DNA of 63,719 bases, counting the filler, from Chiloscyllium plagiosum (Eukaryota), in NCBI RefSeq assembly GCF_004010195.1. It is 5 parts of one record of this genome, joined end to end, with 100 filler letters (N's around TTAATTAATTAA, not from the genome) between each part and the next. Parts side by side here need not be neighbours in the genome. Positions count along the whole stretch, not along the records: positions 28,584 to 53,192 come from NC_057714.1; 4 more parts are not named here. The stretch is one strand, 5' to 3'. The notes beneath the pieces are model-generated. The model made no database searches. It worked only from the letters and a program-made list of their open reading frames with translations, and was not told the DNA's origin. Made by a program: the position numbers and the translations under genes. Below, piece by piece: positions 37,670 through 51,640 of the stretch (its first letter is position 1; each line of letters starts with the position of its first letter).

Positions 37670-39810
37670 CAAAGGACGATATAGAACAGGACCAGGCTTT
37701 TCAGCCAACCAAGCCTGCTCCAATTCCTAATCCTTAAACATTGCTAACATGCTTCCACCACTTCCACTGGCAATGTGTTCCAGGCACCCACCACACTGTG
37801 AAAAATTTTCCCCACACTTCTCCTTTAACCTTGCTTCCTCATCTTGAACCTATTGGCTCTTGTAGTTGACCTCTCTACTCTGGGAAAAAACTTCTGACTC
37901 TCCACCCTATCTATGCCTCTCCTAAGTTTGTAGGTTGCCCCTCAGCCTCCATCTCTCTAGTGAATACAATCCTCATACCCAAAACCCTCCGAACCAGGCA
38001 ACATCCTTGTGAATGTCTCTGCACCCTCTGCAAAGTATCCACATCTTTCTGGTACTGTAATGACTAGAACAGCACACAGTATTCGAATTGTGGCCTAACT
38101 AAAGTTTTATACAGCTGTAATATAACTTACCAACTTTTATATTCGATGGCCTGACCAATGAAGGCAAACATGCTGTATGCCATCTTGACCACCTTATCAT
38201 TGTTCAATGAATGTGCTTTCGGGGATCTGTGGACCTGTTCACCCAGATCCCTCAGTATGTCAATGCTCCAAAAGGTTTTGCCTTTTATTGGACTTTGATC
38301 TTCTAAAATGCATCACCTTGCATTTGTCTGGATTAAACTCTATCTGCCATTTCTCTGCTCAAATCTGCAATCTATCTATATCTGGCTGTATCCTTTGACA
38401 GTCCTCCTCAGTATGTGCAACTCTGCCAATTTTGGTGTCATCTGCAAATTTACTACGAGACCATCTACATTTTCCTCCACATCCTTTATATATATTTCAA
38501 ACAACAAAGGTCCCAGCACAGAAACTTGAAAGGCTTCAGAAAAAATTTACAAGGATGTTTTCAGGGTTGAAGGATTTGAGCTATAGGGAGAGGTCGAATA
38601 GGTTAGGGCTGTTTTCACTGGAGCGTCAGAAGCTGAGGGGTGACCTTATAGAGGTTTACAAAATCACCATATGGATAGGATAAATAGACAAAGTCTTTTC
38701 CCTGGAGTAGGGAGTCCAGAACTAGAGGGTGGTGGTAGAGGGTTGTTTTTAGACTGGAGGCCTGTGACTAGTGAAGTGCCACAAGGATCGGTGCTGGGTC
38801 CTCTACTTTTTGTCATTTACATAATGATTTGGATGTGAACATAAGAGGTACAGTTCTTAAGTTTGCAGATGACACCAAAATTGGAGGTGTAGTGGACAGC
38901 GAAGAGGGTTATCTCAGATTACAACAGGATCTTGACCAGATAGGCCAATGGGCTGAGAAGTGGCAGATGGAGTTTAATTCAGATAAATGCGAGGTGCTGC
39001 ATTTTGGGAAAGCAAATCTTAGCAGGACTTATACACTTAATGGTAAGATCCTAGGGAGTGTTGCTGAACAAAGAGACCTTGGAGTGCAGGTTCATAGCTC
39101 CTTGAAAGTGGAGTCACAGGTAGATNNNNNNNNNNNNNNNNNNNNNNNNNNNNNNNNNNNNNNNNNNNNNNNNNNNNNNNNNNNNNNNNNNNNNNNNNNN
39201 NNNNNNNNNNNNNNNNNNNNNNNNNNNNNNNNNNNNNNNNNNNNNNNNNNGAGGGCATAGGTTTAGGGTGAGAGGGGAAAGATATAAAAGAGACTTACAG
39301 GGCAACTTTTTCACGCAGAGGGTGGTACGTGTATGGAATGAGCTGCCAGAGGAAGTGGTGGAGGCTGGTACAATTGCAACATTTAAGAGGCATTTGGATG
39401 GGTATATGAATAGGAAGAGTTTGGAGGGATATGGACCGGGTACTGGCATTTGGGACTAGATTGGGTTGGGATATCTGGTCGGCATGGTCGAGTTGGACTG
39501 AAGGGTCTGTTTCCACGCTGTACATCTCTATGACTCTATAGGTTTATGGGAAAGATATAAAAGAGACCTAAGGGGCAACGTTTTCACACAGAGGGTGTTA
39601 CGTGTATGGAATGAGATGTCAGAGGAAGTGGTGGAGGTTGGTACAATTGCAATATTTAAAAGGCATCTGGATGGGTATATGAATAGGAAGGGTTTAGAGG
39701 GATATGGGTGAGGTGCTGGCAGGTGGGTCTAGATTGAGTTGGGATGTCTGCTCGGCATGAACGAGTTGGACCAAAGGGTCTGTTTCCAAGCTGTACATCT
39801 CTGTGACCTT
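37670..39810. mobile_element. CR1 cluster: - strand copy (about 37670-38520) and + strand copies (about 38520-39810) with two tandem 3' ends; includes N gap 39126-39250
   Basis: Reads LKFADDTKIGGVVDSEEG...WQMEFNSDKCEVLHFG; FTQRV.RVWNE appears twice. Confidence 0.85.
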
Positions 39811-39819
39811 TTGACACTC

Positions 39820-42350
39820 ACTGATTCCTGCATAACAACACTAGTTATTGATCTTCATTCCGTAAAGCACCCTTCCACTGCTACTGTCTGTCTTCTATAA
39901 CCAATCCAGTTCTGTATCCATCTCGCCAGTTCACCCCGGATCTCACGAGATTGTACCTTTTGTAGTAGCCTGCTATGAGGTACCTTATCAAATGCCTTAC
40001 TAAAGTCCCTGTATCCACTGCCCTTCCCTCATCAATCATTCTTGTCACCTTCTCAAAAAACTCAATGAAGTTGATGACACATGACTTGCCCCGCACAAAC
40101 CCATACAGTGTATCACAAATAAGTTCATTTGCTTCCAAATATGAATAAATTCTGTGTCTCAGTATCTTCTCCAACAGCTCACTGGCCTGTAATGACCTGG
40201 CTTATCTCTGTTTCTCTTCTTAAACAAAGGAACAATGTTGGTCATTCTCCTGTCCTCTGGAACCTCACCTGAGGCCAAAGAGGATGCAAAGATATCGGTT
40301 AAGGCCACAGCTTTTTCCTCCCTTGCCTCCCACTATATCCTGGGACACATCCCATCTGGCCCTGGGGACTTGTCTACCTTAATGCATTTCAAGACACCCA
40401 ACACTTCCTCCTTCATTATGTTGAGAGTATTCACACACTTTTTCTTAACCTCGACATCCCTCAAGTCCTTCTCTTTGGTGAATACCAATGTAAAGTGCTA
40501 GTTAAAGATCTCACCTATTCCTTTGGCTCCACATTTAACCTCCCTCCTTTATCTTTGGATGGGCCTATTCTTTCCCTAGCTACCCTCTTGCTCCTAATAT
40601 ATGTATAAAATACCTTGGGATTCTCCTTAACCCTGCTGGCCAAGGTTATTTTAGGGGAGAAAGTGAGATCTGCAGATGCTGGAGATCAGAGCTGAAAATG
40701 TGTTGCTGGAACAGCACAGCAGGTCAGGCAGCATTCAGGGAACAGGAGAAAAGGTTATTTTAGGGCCCCTTTTAGCCCTCCTACCTCCCTGTTTGAGCTC
40801 CCTCCTACTTTCTTTATATTTTTCAAGGACTCAGAATCTTAGAGTCATAGAGATATACAGCACGGAACCAGACCCTTCGGTCCAACTTGTCCATGCCGAC
40901 CAGATATCCTAACCTAATCTAATCCCATTTGCCAGCCCTTGGTCCATATCCCTGTAAACCCTTCCCATTCATATACCCATCCAGATGCCTTTTAAATGTT
41001 GTAATTGTACCAGCCTCCACTACTTACCCTGGCAGCTCAATACATACATGCACCACCCTTTGCATGAAAACGTTGCCCCTTAGGTCCCTTTTAAATCTTT
41101 CCCTTCTCACCCTAAACCTATGCCCTCTAATCCTGGAGTCCCCCAACCCAGGGAAAAGATCTTGTCTATTTACCCTCTCCACACCCTTCCTCAATCTATA
41201 AACCTCTATAAAGTCACCCCCCTGCCTCCGAAGCTCTAGGGAAAACAGCCCCAGCCTATTCAGCCTTTCCCTATAGCTCACACCCTCCTTGTAAATCTTC
41301 TTTGAATCATTTCAAGTTTCACAACATCCTTCCTGTAGGAGGGAGACCAGAATTGCACACAATATGCTTAGACCTTAGGTATACTTTTTTGACTAAGCTG
41401 ATAATTTCTCCTGTCATCCAAGGTTCCTGAATCCTGCCAGTTCTGCCCCTCATTTTTACAGGAACATGACTGTTCTACATTTTAATCAACTGGTCTTTAA
41501 AAGATTCCCACATGTCAGGTGTTAATTTATCATCAAACAGCTGCTCCCAATTCATTATTCAGTTATAGTTGGCCATCCCCTCCAATTTAACACCTTCATT
41601 TGAGGTCCACTCTTGTCCTTATCCATGAGTATCCGAAAAGCTCTCTCACTGAGACTTTAATCACCTGGCTGGGCTCATTCCCCTATACCAGATCCAGTAT
41701 GCACCCCCCTCCTCCCTCGTTGGATTATCCACATACTGTTTCAAAAAACCCTCCTGGACACTGAACAAATTGCTCTCCATCCAAACCCCCAGCACTAAGG
41801 GAGTCCCAGTCAAATCAGGGAAGTTAATATCACCCACCACATTTCTGTTATTTTCACATGTTTCCAGAATCTGTAGTACAATCCCAGATTTGTGATTGCA
41901 CCCTTCCTATTTCTCAGCTCTACCAAAAATGGCTCACTGCAAGATCCCTTCAGGGTGTCATCCTCAACACATGCTTCCTAACCAGTACGGCAACTCACCC
42001 ACCTCTTTTGCTTCCTTCTCTGTCTCAACTAAAACATCGATATCTCAGAACATTAAAATATCAATTCTGTCCCTCTTTCCACTTGTCTCTGTGATAGCAA
42101 CAACATTATAATTGCATGTGTTAGTTTACACTCCAAGTTCATCTGTCTTACCTGTTATACTTCCTGCATTGAAGCAAATGCAGTCTAAGCTAATTCTGCT
42201 GAGCTTCATAACCTCTCCATGAATGCTCTTCCTGTTAGCTATTTTTGCCTTAATCTCAAACTCTTCCTTAGTGACCTGCTGCTCCAGTTCCCACCCTACT
42301 GCCGCACCAGTTTAAACCATCCCGAGTGGTCCTATCAAACCTCCCTGCCT
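39820..42350 (-). mobile_element. Degraded long CR1 with nested Penelope piece (40657-40750) and nested CR1 (about 40835-41365)
   Basis: The - strand reads GFVRGKSCVINFIEFFEKVT and, near 42180, the EN start DCICFNA. The nested Penelope piece has 15-bp TSD AAGGTTATTTTAGGG. Confidence 0.8.
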
Positions 42351-43692
42351 TTGTCATTGGGTTTTGTGATTGTTCCTGCTCTTTAATACACCTAATTGAA
42401 TAGTTAAATAGAGAACTAAACATCCTGCAGGACACATTTCTATCTCCATTGTAAGCTTCTCAGACCAAAGAACAGAACTTTATGTTGGTAAATACTCAAT
42501 GGAAAGTAGCTAATAATACAATAATGATATTCATTTAAAGAGAAATGATCATAATTGTACTTGCTCCATTAGATTTACTTTTGCTAGCACTGATTGCAAT
42601 CAACAAGATCTCAATTAACCAAGCTACTATCTCTTGAAATTAATATAACGTTAATGATTTAACCATCCACAAAAGAATTCAAATAAAATAATGCTCATTA
42701 TAAAGTCTACCTTTCAGCATTGTGTCACTAAATCTATGATTTAGGTTATAAAACTATATTTCCTATAAACGTATAACCCTTCAAAATTTTAGTTCCACAT
42801 GCCTGGAAGATATCAGCGTAGAAGATAATATACGTTGACCCCCATTTTTCAGGTTTTAAACTGTTGCACATAGTGCCAGTTTATCAGTGGAATAGCTTGC
42901 TGGCAAAGCTGCAAAGCTATTGGTCCTACTGGTAAATTTGTTGAGCCCTCGTTTTGATTTGTTTTGCAATCAAGAGGAAAATGCGCTCAAATGCTTTAGT
43001 TTATTGAGTGGGCCTAACACCTGCTTTAGGGCTACTCTCCCAAATCTAAGGTTCCTAAATACAGATGTTGAGAATCAATATCTGCTTCATTAAAAAATGT
43101 TTGGGGTTTGCAACTAGCATCCACACATCTGAAGTCTAATTTAAATGATACCCAAAGCCCATTTTTGATCACGTCTGAATATGCAGGTTCTGGAACAGGA
43201 ATTGTTTCCTGTGCCAAGTTCAAGCTAGCAGGCACTCACTAATTTCTAGCCTACCATCTTTAAACTTTATTCCATTGGACTGGATTTTACTTCATACAAT
43301 TGAGGGCATCACTCTGCAGCTGAAACTCAGATTAATGAGTGGCAGGAAAGCTGATGGCTGCTTTGCATTAAAAATGGCCTAGCTGGGAGAAGTAGCTGGA
43401 TGGTGGCAGGGGTGGGGGCAGAAGAAGGTGGGTGTTCTGCTCACTTTTGTCAATAGGAGAGCCCCTCTACCCACAATTTTCTCTCCTCATGTCCTTTCTC
43501 CTTCCCCATGCTGTCCAGAGTACCCCTCATCCCTCTCGTCTAAACCTATCAGCCTAGCCATGACAAGAGTGCAGAATTACCTGGAGTCCGATCGAAATCT
43601 GAATACTTCTCATGTGCTCGATGCAGTATCAACAGTGGTCACCGCTCCCAATGGTGCTGCCAGTACTGCAGAGCTGCTAGCCTCTGACTGAC

Positions 43693-43897
43693 AGAGACAA
43701 AAAAACTGCAGATGATGGAATCCAAAGTTGACAAACAAGAGGCTGGAAGAACACAGCAAGCCAGGCAGCATTAGGAGGTGGAGAACTTGACGTTTCAGGT
43801 GTAACCCTGCTTCCTGAAGAAGAATTATACCAAAAATGTCAATTTCTTCACCTCCTGATGCTGCCTGGCTTGCTGCATTCATCTAGCCTCCTGGTTG
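43693..43897. mobile_element. Palindromic Penelope-derived insert (related subfamily)
   Basis: Inverted arms CAGCAAGCCAGGCAGCAT/ATGCTGCCTGGCTTGCTG; duplicated flank GCCTCTGACTGAC. Confidence 0.7.
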
Positions 43898-44009
43898 GCC
43901 TCTGACTGACTAGCAACTGTGTAAGAAGAGAGTTCTTCCTGCAATGAAGTGTTGGTACTATCTCTTAGCAATTAAAGACAGTAGTGGCCAGCTCACTGCT
44001 GATACTTGC

Positions 44010-44212
44010 AGTTGAAAAGCACAGCAGGTCAGGCATCGTCCAAGGTGCAGGAAAGTTAATGTTTTGAGCATAAGCCGTTCATCAGGAATGATGAAGTGCT
44101 TATGCCTGAAACGTCGAATCTCCTGCTCCTCGGATGCTGCCTGATCTCCTGTGCTTTTCCAGCACCACACATTTCGACTCTGACTCTCCAGCATCTGCAG
44201 TCCTCACTTTCT
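44010..44212. mobile_element. Palindromic Penelope-derived insert
   Basis: GAAAAGCACAGCAGGTCAGGCA...TGCCTGATCTCCTGTGCTTTTC arms and the CCAGCATCTGCAGTCCTCACTTTCTC tail. Confidence 0.75.
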
Positions 44213-44789
44213 CGTAGTCACTAACATTCACAGTCCTCAGCATCAGCATAATATCTGTTGGCAATTTTATAAGGCAAGAGTCAGGTTTGCAACATCGCAC
44301 AGTTTTAATGGTGCTTTTCTGTCAGTTTGTAAAAACAATGGTAAATAACATGCATGCTACGCGAGTGCCCGGAAATGACCATCTCCCACAACACAAGATC
44401 TCACCATGTTTCCTTGATGCTAAGTTGAATGACTATTGTTGTATTCCTCACCATTAATACACTCAGAGGTTACCATTGACCAGAAACTGAAACTTTACCA
44501 GCCATATAAACACTGCGCTGCAAGAGCAGGTCAGACAGTGAGAGTTCTCCAGTGAAGTTCCCCAAAATCTATTCTGATACCTCCTTATGTTGCTCAGTAT
44601 CAAATTTCATTTCACATCTTTCCTGTGATGCACTCTCAGTTATTTTATTGCATTAAAGATAATTCATAAATACAACTTAATGTTCTTATTCTACATCTAC
44701 GCCTATAATATTTCCAAGAATTCCCACCATAATTTTAGTGGATGAATGGCAAAAACACTAAAGAAACAACCTAAATGATTTGTGATTTT

Positions 44790-45345
44790 TGAGAAGATTT
44801 GTAGCTCAGGTTGAGGTTCAGGTTGTAAGTTTGCTCGCTGAGTTGGCAGGTTTGTATTCAGATGTTTTGTCACCATGCCATGGAACATCATCAGTGAACC
44901 TCCATTGAAGTGCTGATGTTCTGTCCCGCTTTCTAATTATATGTCTTGGTCTCTTAAGGTGGATGATATCATTTCCGGTTCTTTTTCTCGGAGGTTGGTA
45001 AATGGAGGTAGCTACCAAAAGACCTGACCCACTATCACTAGTATCCTTGCATACAGATGAAGAAGGGCACCACTTCAACTGGGACAACACATCCATCTTA
45101 AACAGAGACACGCACGGGAATTCCTAGAGGCCTGGCATTCAATCCAGAACTCCATCAATAAACACATCGGTTTGGACCCCATTTACCAACCTCTGAGAAA
45201 AAGAACCAGAAATTATATCACCCCCTTTAAGAGATCAAGACACGAGTGCTTCACCAGAGGCTCACTGATGATGTTACCTAGCATGATGATGAAACATCTG
45301 AAAACAAACCTGCCAGCTCAGCGAGCAAACTTACAATCTGAACCT
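44790..45345 (+). mobile_element. Poseidon-type Penelope-like element: GIY-YIG C-terminal fragment between inverted terminal repeats
   Basis: Reads ATKRPDPLSLVSLHTDEEGHHFNWDNTSIL/QRHAREFLEAWHSIQNSINKHIGLDPIYQPLRKR. Arms TTGTAAGTTTGCTCGCTGAG and CTCAGCGAGCAAACTTACAA. Confidence 0.8.
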
Positions 45346-45355
45346 AAACGGTTTT

Positions 45356-45553
45356 TGAAATAACTCACAGAAGCCAGTATCCCATCACCAAATTACCCTT
45401 TATTTACACTGATCCATCTCTCGCAGAATCAGCTGTCAGAGTGAATATGATGTCTGACACGCCTGCTCTTATCTGTCAGCCTGAGGTCCCTGATTGGACA
45501 AGATTAACAGCCCCAAACAGGTCCACCTGGCTGACCTCATTACGAACACTACA
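45356..45553 (-). mobile_element. Solo LTR-like element
   Basis: TG...CA termini; 5-bp flanks GTTTT/GTTAT. Homologous to 22070-22407 and 27381-27488. Confidence 0.6.
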
Positions 45554-45707
45554 GTTATTTTGAAGTTTTTCATCTTGCATAGATCAGTCCAATTCTCAAC
45601 ATTTTTTATATACAATACGTATATAATATAAGAAATATAAATATTATTTATCACTTTCAAAATGAATATATTTTTAATAGTATGTTTTATATTCATATTA
45701 TGTTATG

Positions 45708-46030
45708 GGGAGGCAGTGATAGAGTGGTAATGTGACTGGGCTAATAATCCATAATCTTGTGCTAATGTTCTGAGGACATAGGTTCAAATCCCACCATGGC
45801 ACATGGAGAAATGTGAATTCAATAATATAAAAATCTGGAATAAAAAGCTAGCCTAATTGTGACCACGTAACCAGTGTGATTGATGTGAAAACCCATCTGG
45901 TTCACTTTGTGGCCCTTTAGGGAAAGAATCTGTCATTCTTTTCACATCTGGTCTACATGTGATTCAAAAGCCACATTAATGTAGTTAACTCTTAAATGCT
46001 CTGTCATCATCTAAGGATGAGCAATAAATG
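45708..46030 (+). mobile_element. tRNA-derived SINE (DeuSINE-like); similar copies at about 49985-50150, 54830-55110 and 57600-57915 (-)
   Basis: B box GGTTCAAATCCCACCATGGC; core AAAACCCATCTGGTTCACT...CTACATGTGA; tail GATGAGCAATAAATG. Confidence 0.65.
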
Positions 46031-47103
46031 TTAGAAAAATGTTTTGTAATAAAAATAAAAGTATATTCATAATTATATTACTTTACATTTGTTATATATA
46101 ATGCAAAAATCATAGATATAAGCAATATTTTAAAAATGATACTGTATCTCAACTTGGCACACATTTCTCTTGAAGCGTACATATATTAATATACTTGGAT
46201 CTGTTCTTTACAAACAAAAAGCACATGTACGTACACTGCTCCTGTTTCAATGCAACAAAAGAATTACCACTGCCTCTATCAACTAAAATCCACTTGCCAC
46301 CAATCAACAGTCTTAATTCATGCAGTATAAATGATGTTTTCCTTTTGCGTTAGTCTTTCTTGCAAATTGTCCTCATGAGTGCTAGATGCAAAATTTTGAC
46401 CCACTAAGATCAACAAAACTCAAGTTCTATAATACTAAATGACTGTGGTTAATTTTATGGTGAATTATTTGTTTGTTTTCATTATTGATGAAATACTATT
46501 GAGAAAATATTGACATAAGAATGTATGCTGCAGTGTATGTTAGTTTCTGCTTCTGCACACATGCTGCTGAAATGAAATCCATTTGCTGTTACATTATGTT
46601 TAACATTTTTGTGAATTTTAAAAATTCATCCATGGATTTGAATGTCACTGTAAAGGCTGGTATTTATTGAGCATCTCTATTTACCCTTGAGCATGTGGTG
46701 GCAAATTACCTTTGTGAATCACTAGTCTGTGCAGTTTAGGCACATCTACTCTGCTGTTAGGGGTATCCAGGATTTTGACTCCTCAAAAATGAAGGAATAA
46801 TATTGTCATGTGAAGGGGATACAAACTTTGGAGGATAACTACATCCAGCTAGTATTATTCCAATGCACCTACTGCTCTTGTTTTTTGAACTGGTGGAGAT
46901 GGTGGGTTTGAAAAGTGTTGTTGAAAGGGCCTTGGGAATTATTGCAGTGCATGCTCAATGGCACACAGTGCTGCCATGGAATGTCAGTGGGGAAGAATTG
47001 ATTCTCAAAGCTAGTGAATTACCAAAAAGTATTGAATACAGTGCATGCTTCAAAATATTATTAAAAAGGAAGTAAGCATACTTTGTTTCCCTCTTGCTTA
47101 AAG

Positions 47104-47304
47104 GGGTTCACACGGTTTTGTGAAGAGAGTTGTGAATAAACAGAATGGAACTTCATGCGCTGCTAAGTTTATTCCACTCAGAAAAAATACCAGGTCACAA
47201 GCTTATGAAGAACTTGCCATCTTATCCAAAGTTAACCATCCAAAGATCTCCTGCTTACTTGATATGTTTGAAACCAAGCGAACACTTGTGTTGGTGCTGG
47301 AAAT
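47104..47304 (+). CDS. OBSCN: Obscurin kinase 1, second exon (subdomains I-V; phase 2-2)
   Basis: Acceptor tttccctcttgcttaaag|. Translates GSHGFVKRVVNKQNGTSCAAKFIPLRKNTRSQAYEELAILSKVNHPKISCLLDMFETKRTLVLVLE(M). Matches recalled obscurin CAAKFIPLR..TR.QAY.E..IL...HP....LLD.FET..TL.L.LE. Confidence 0.93.
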
Positions 47305-48139
47305 GTATCCTTTCTGTGGCGATAATCTGTCTATTTCTTTCTTGTTGTTAATGTTAAAGTTTATATCTCTGATTTTATTTTAATTAATTTCATTTTGTAT
47401 GTGTGTCTAACAATGAAGAAACATTACATCTGAAGAAGATGAGTTTCTTTGTCACAAAAATAGAAATTTCTGGAAAAGCTCAGCAAGTCTGGCAGCATTT
47501 GTGAAGAGAAATCAGAGTTAAGTTTTCAGGTCTGGTGACCCTTTCTCAAAACACAGCATCCTTGGTTCTTTCAGTTTTTATGAGTTTCTTTGTGGTAGGC
47601 AGAGCAGGAACGACCCTGTTGCGATTGCTCATTTCAGCAGCAGCGACACTAGAAGCATCACTGTTGGTCTTGGTGTTTGTGCAATCAGGCCAGGAAATAC
47701 AACAAAATTAAGGCATTATTCATCCTCCTGACTACTTTTCAATGATTCATACATGTTGAGTGAGGGCAGATTTTGTTGTCCATATTTAAACCACTTGTAC
47801 AAGATACAGGAAAGCCACCACCATCTGTGAAGATTTTATTTCTCCCAGCTTCTGTCACAGTCATCACTTAGCTTTCTTTCATTGGCTCTATTATCTGCAC
47901 TTATACAAACTGTAGTCTGCTATTTTATAATAAGTTTGTAATTTCCAAAATGATGCATTAATCCTGCCCTTTAATTTAAATTGATGGAGGTCTTTCACAA
48001 ACCACTTTTGGGACCTGAATTGGGTCTCAACAATCATTACATTCTCCAAATGGGAATCCATGACCTACCCAAAAATATATCGTGGTCATATTTGTATCAT
48101 TTTTATGGACATAAAGGAATCTTAATTTTTTTTTAAACT

Positions 48140-49645
48140 ATGCAAGGCAGCCTTTGTGTGGAGCTGCAGAAAATGGGGGAGATACTAAATGAATATTTTG
48201 CATCAGTATTTACTGTGGAAAAGGATATGGAAGATATAGACTGTAGAGAAATATATGGTGACATCTTGCAAAAAGTCCAGATTACAGAGGAGGAAGTGCT
48301 GAATGTCTTGAAACGGTTAAAGGTGGATAAATCAGGTGTACCCGAGAACTCTGTGGGAAGCTAGAGAAGTGATTGCTGGTTCTGTTGCTGAGATATTTGT
48401 ATCATCGATAGTCACAGGTGAGGTGCCGGAAGACTGGAGGTTGGCAAACGTGGTGCCACTGTTTAAGAAGGGTGGTAAAGACAAGTCAGGGAACTATAGG
48501 CCGGTGAGCCTGACCTCGGTGGTGGGCAAGTTGTTGGAGGGAATCCTGAGGGACAGGATGTACATGTATTTGGAAAGGCAAGGACTGATTNNNNNNNNNN
48601 NNNNNNNNNNNNNNNNNNNNNNNNNNNNNNNNNNNNNNNNNNNNNNNNNNNNNNNNNNNNNNNNNNNNNNNNNNNNNNNNNNNNNNNNNNNNNNNNNNNN
48701 NNNNNNNNNNNNNNNNNNNNNNNNNNNNNNNNNNNNNNNNNNNNNNNNNNNNNNNNNNNNNNNNNNNNNNNNNNNNNNNNNNNNNNNNNNNNNNNNNNNN
48801 NNNNNNNNNNNNNNNNNNNNNNNNNNNNNNNNNNNNNNNNNNNNNNNNNNNNNNNNNNNNNNNNNNNNNNNNNNNNNNNNNNNNNNNNNNNNNNNNNNNN
48901 NNNNNNNNNNNNNNNNNNNNNNNNNNNNNNNNNNNNNNNNNNNNNNNNNNNNNNNNNNNNNNNNNNNNNNNNNNNNNNNNNNNNNNNNNNNNNNNNNNNN
49001 NNNNNNNNNNNNNNNNNNNNNNNNNNNNNNNNNNNNNNNNNNNNNNNNNNNNNNNNNNNNNNNNNNNNNNNNNNNNNNNNNNNNNNNNNNNNNNNNNNNN
49101 NNNNNNNNNNNNNNNNNNNNNNNNNNNNNNNNNNNNNNNNNNNNNNNNNNNNNNNNNNNNNNNNNNNNNNNNNNNNNNNNNNNNNNNNNNNNNNNNNNNN
49201 NNNNNNNNNNNNNNNNNNNNNNNNNNNNNNNNNNNNNNNNNNNNNNNNNNNNNNNNNNNNNNNNNNNNNNNNNNNNNNNNNNNNNNNNNNNNNNNNNNNN
49301 NNNNNNNNNNNNNNNNNNNNNNNNNNNNNNNNNNNNNNNNNNNNNNNNNNNNNNNNNNNNNNNNNNNNNNNNNNGTGAGAGGGGAAAGATATAAAAGAGA
49401 CCTAAGGGGCAACTTTTTCATGCAGAGGGTGGTACATGTATGGAATGAGCTGCCAGAGGAAGTAGTGGAGGCTGGTACAATTGCAACATTTATGAGGCAT
49501 TTGGATGGGTATATGAATAGGAAGGGTTTGGAGGGATATGGGCCGGGTGCTGGCAGGTGGGACTAGATTGGGTTGGGATATCTGGTCGGCATGGATGAGT
49601 TGGACCGAAGGGTCTGTTTCCATGCTGTACATCTCTATGACCCTA
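48140..49645 (+). mobile_element. CR1 LINE spanning N gap 48591-49374
   Basis: Reads EILNEYFASVFT...VPEDWRLANVVPLFKKG..GNYRPVSLTSVVGKLLE, with 3' end FFMQRVVHVWNELP. Confidence 0.9.
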
Positions 49646-50154
49646 TCCTAACATGACAAGAGTAACATAGGAACAGAGTTAGTGAATTTGAGGATTAGGA
49701 AAGGAAGTGGAAAGCCAGAGAGTTGTGGAGCAAGACAGGAGCAGGGAGAGGGGTCAGAGAAGAGGAGCAAAAGTAAGGATTGGGAAGTCAAAGATGTAGC
49801 AAGAAGGATGGAATTGAAAAGAGTTAATAAGCTTATAAAAGTTAGTTGTTAAGAGTTGTGAAGAAGATATTTCAGCCAATTAAGTTCAAGGAGTCAGTAA
49901 GTTTTTAATTGAAATAAAGCAGGTCAACAGTGTATTTTATTACATGTTTTTTATTGGAAAGTGATTTCTATTTTGTATGGGTAGGTGAAGGTTGAACGGT
50001 ATTATCACTGGATAGTTAATCCAGAGACCCAGGTAATGTTCTGGGGGATCCGGGTTCAAATCCTGCCATGGCAGATGGTGGAATTTTAATTCTCGAAAGA
50101 ATCTGGAATTTAGAATCTCAGGTGATCATGAAATCATTGTTAATTGTCGGAGGT

Positions 50155-51640
50155 CTTAGAACAGTACATGATGTTGAGCCAAACATGACACCAACTTAAA
50201 CTAAATCCTTCTGTCTGCCGATGGTCCGTATCACTCCATTCCTTGCATATTCATGCACTTATCTAAGAGTCCCTTAAACGCTGCTATCATTATATGCTTC
50301 CACCACTACCCCTCGCAGTGCATTCCAAACTCCTACCACTCTCTGTGTAAACACTTGCCCCTCACATTTCTTTTGAATTTCTTCCACCTCCCCCCCCTCC
50401 CCCCCACTCACCTTAAATGTATGTCCCCTAGAAGTAGACATTACAACTCTGGAAAAAGGGTTCTGAGTGTCAATCCTGTCTATGCATCTCATAATTTTAT
50501 AGACTTATATCAAGTCTCCCCTCAACTTCCATTTCTGCAGAGAAAACAAACTGAATTTTTCTAGCCTGTCCTTATAGCTCATACCCTCTCATCCAGGCAG
50601 CATCTCTCTTGCACCCTATCCAAAGCCTTTACATCCTTCCTGTAATGTGGTGAGCAGAACTGAAATACTCTGAATGTGGCCTTAACAAAGTCTTATAACA
50701 TTGCAATGTGACATCCTGACTCTCGTACTCAATTCTCTGACCAATAAAGGCAAGCATGCCATATGCCTTCTTTACTACCCTATCTACTTGTGTGACCACT
50801 TTCAGGGAGCAAAAGACTTGAACCCCAAGATCCCTCTGTACCTCAATAATGTCCAGGGTCCTGCCATTAACTGCATACTTTTCTTTAGTATTTGATCTCC
50901 CAAAGATCTCACAGTTAGCCAGATTAAACTCCATCTGCCATTTCTCCACCCATATCTGCAACAGATCTATATCCCCACTGTATCCTTTGACAACCTCTTA
51001 CACCATACATAACTCCACCAATCTTTGTTTCATCTGCAAACTTACTAAGTCACCCATCTACATTTTCATCCAAGTCATTTATATATATTACAAACAGCAG
51101 AGATTCCAGTGTGGATCCCTGCACAATACCACTAGTCACAGACCTCCTGCCATAAAAAACCCTTTCACTGATAGCCCCTGCCCTCTGTGGGCAAGCTATT
51201 CTGAATCCAAGTGACCAAGTAACTGTGGATCCCATGCATCTTAATCTTCTGGATGAACCTACCATGGCCTGCCCTGCACAAAGCTATGCTGACTGTCCCT
51301 AATTGGGGCCAAGCTTTTCCAAATGCATGTAAATCCTATTGCTAAAAATACTCTCCAAAGGTTTCCCAACCACCAGTGTGAAACTCACTGGTCTATAGCT
51401 TCCTAGATTGTCTCTATTTCCCTTCTCGTTAGCTGCTCAACCATCCTCCAAGACCTCTCCAGTGGCTAGAGGACACAAATATTTTGGTCAATGCCTCAGA
51501 AATTTTCTCTCTTGCCTCTCTCAATAATCTGTGGTGAATACTAAAGGCCCTGGGGACTTATCCACTTCAATGCTGTTCAAAAGACCCAACACCATACTTT
51601 CTTGATCTCAAAATGCCCTAGCATATTAGCATGCTCCATA
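50155..51640 (-). mobile_element. Degraded CR1 LINE
   Basis: The - strand reads WVEKWQMEFN...QRDLGVQV and SVTSGIVQGSTLESLLFVIYINDLDENV. Confidence 0.85.

Noticed and set aside
48336..49421. 352-aa and 311-aa ORFs
   Set aside because: Mostly translated Ns inside a CR1 copy.
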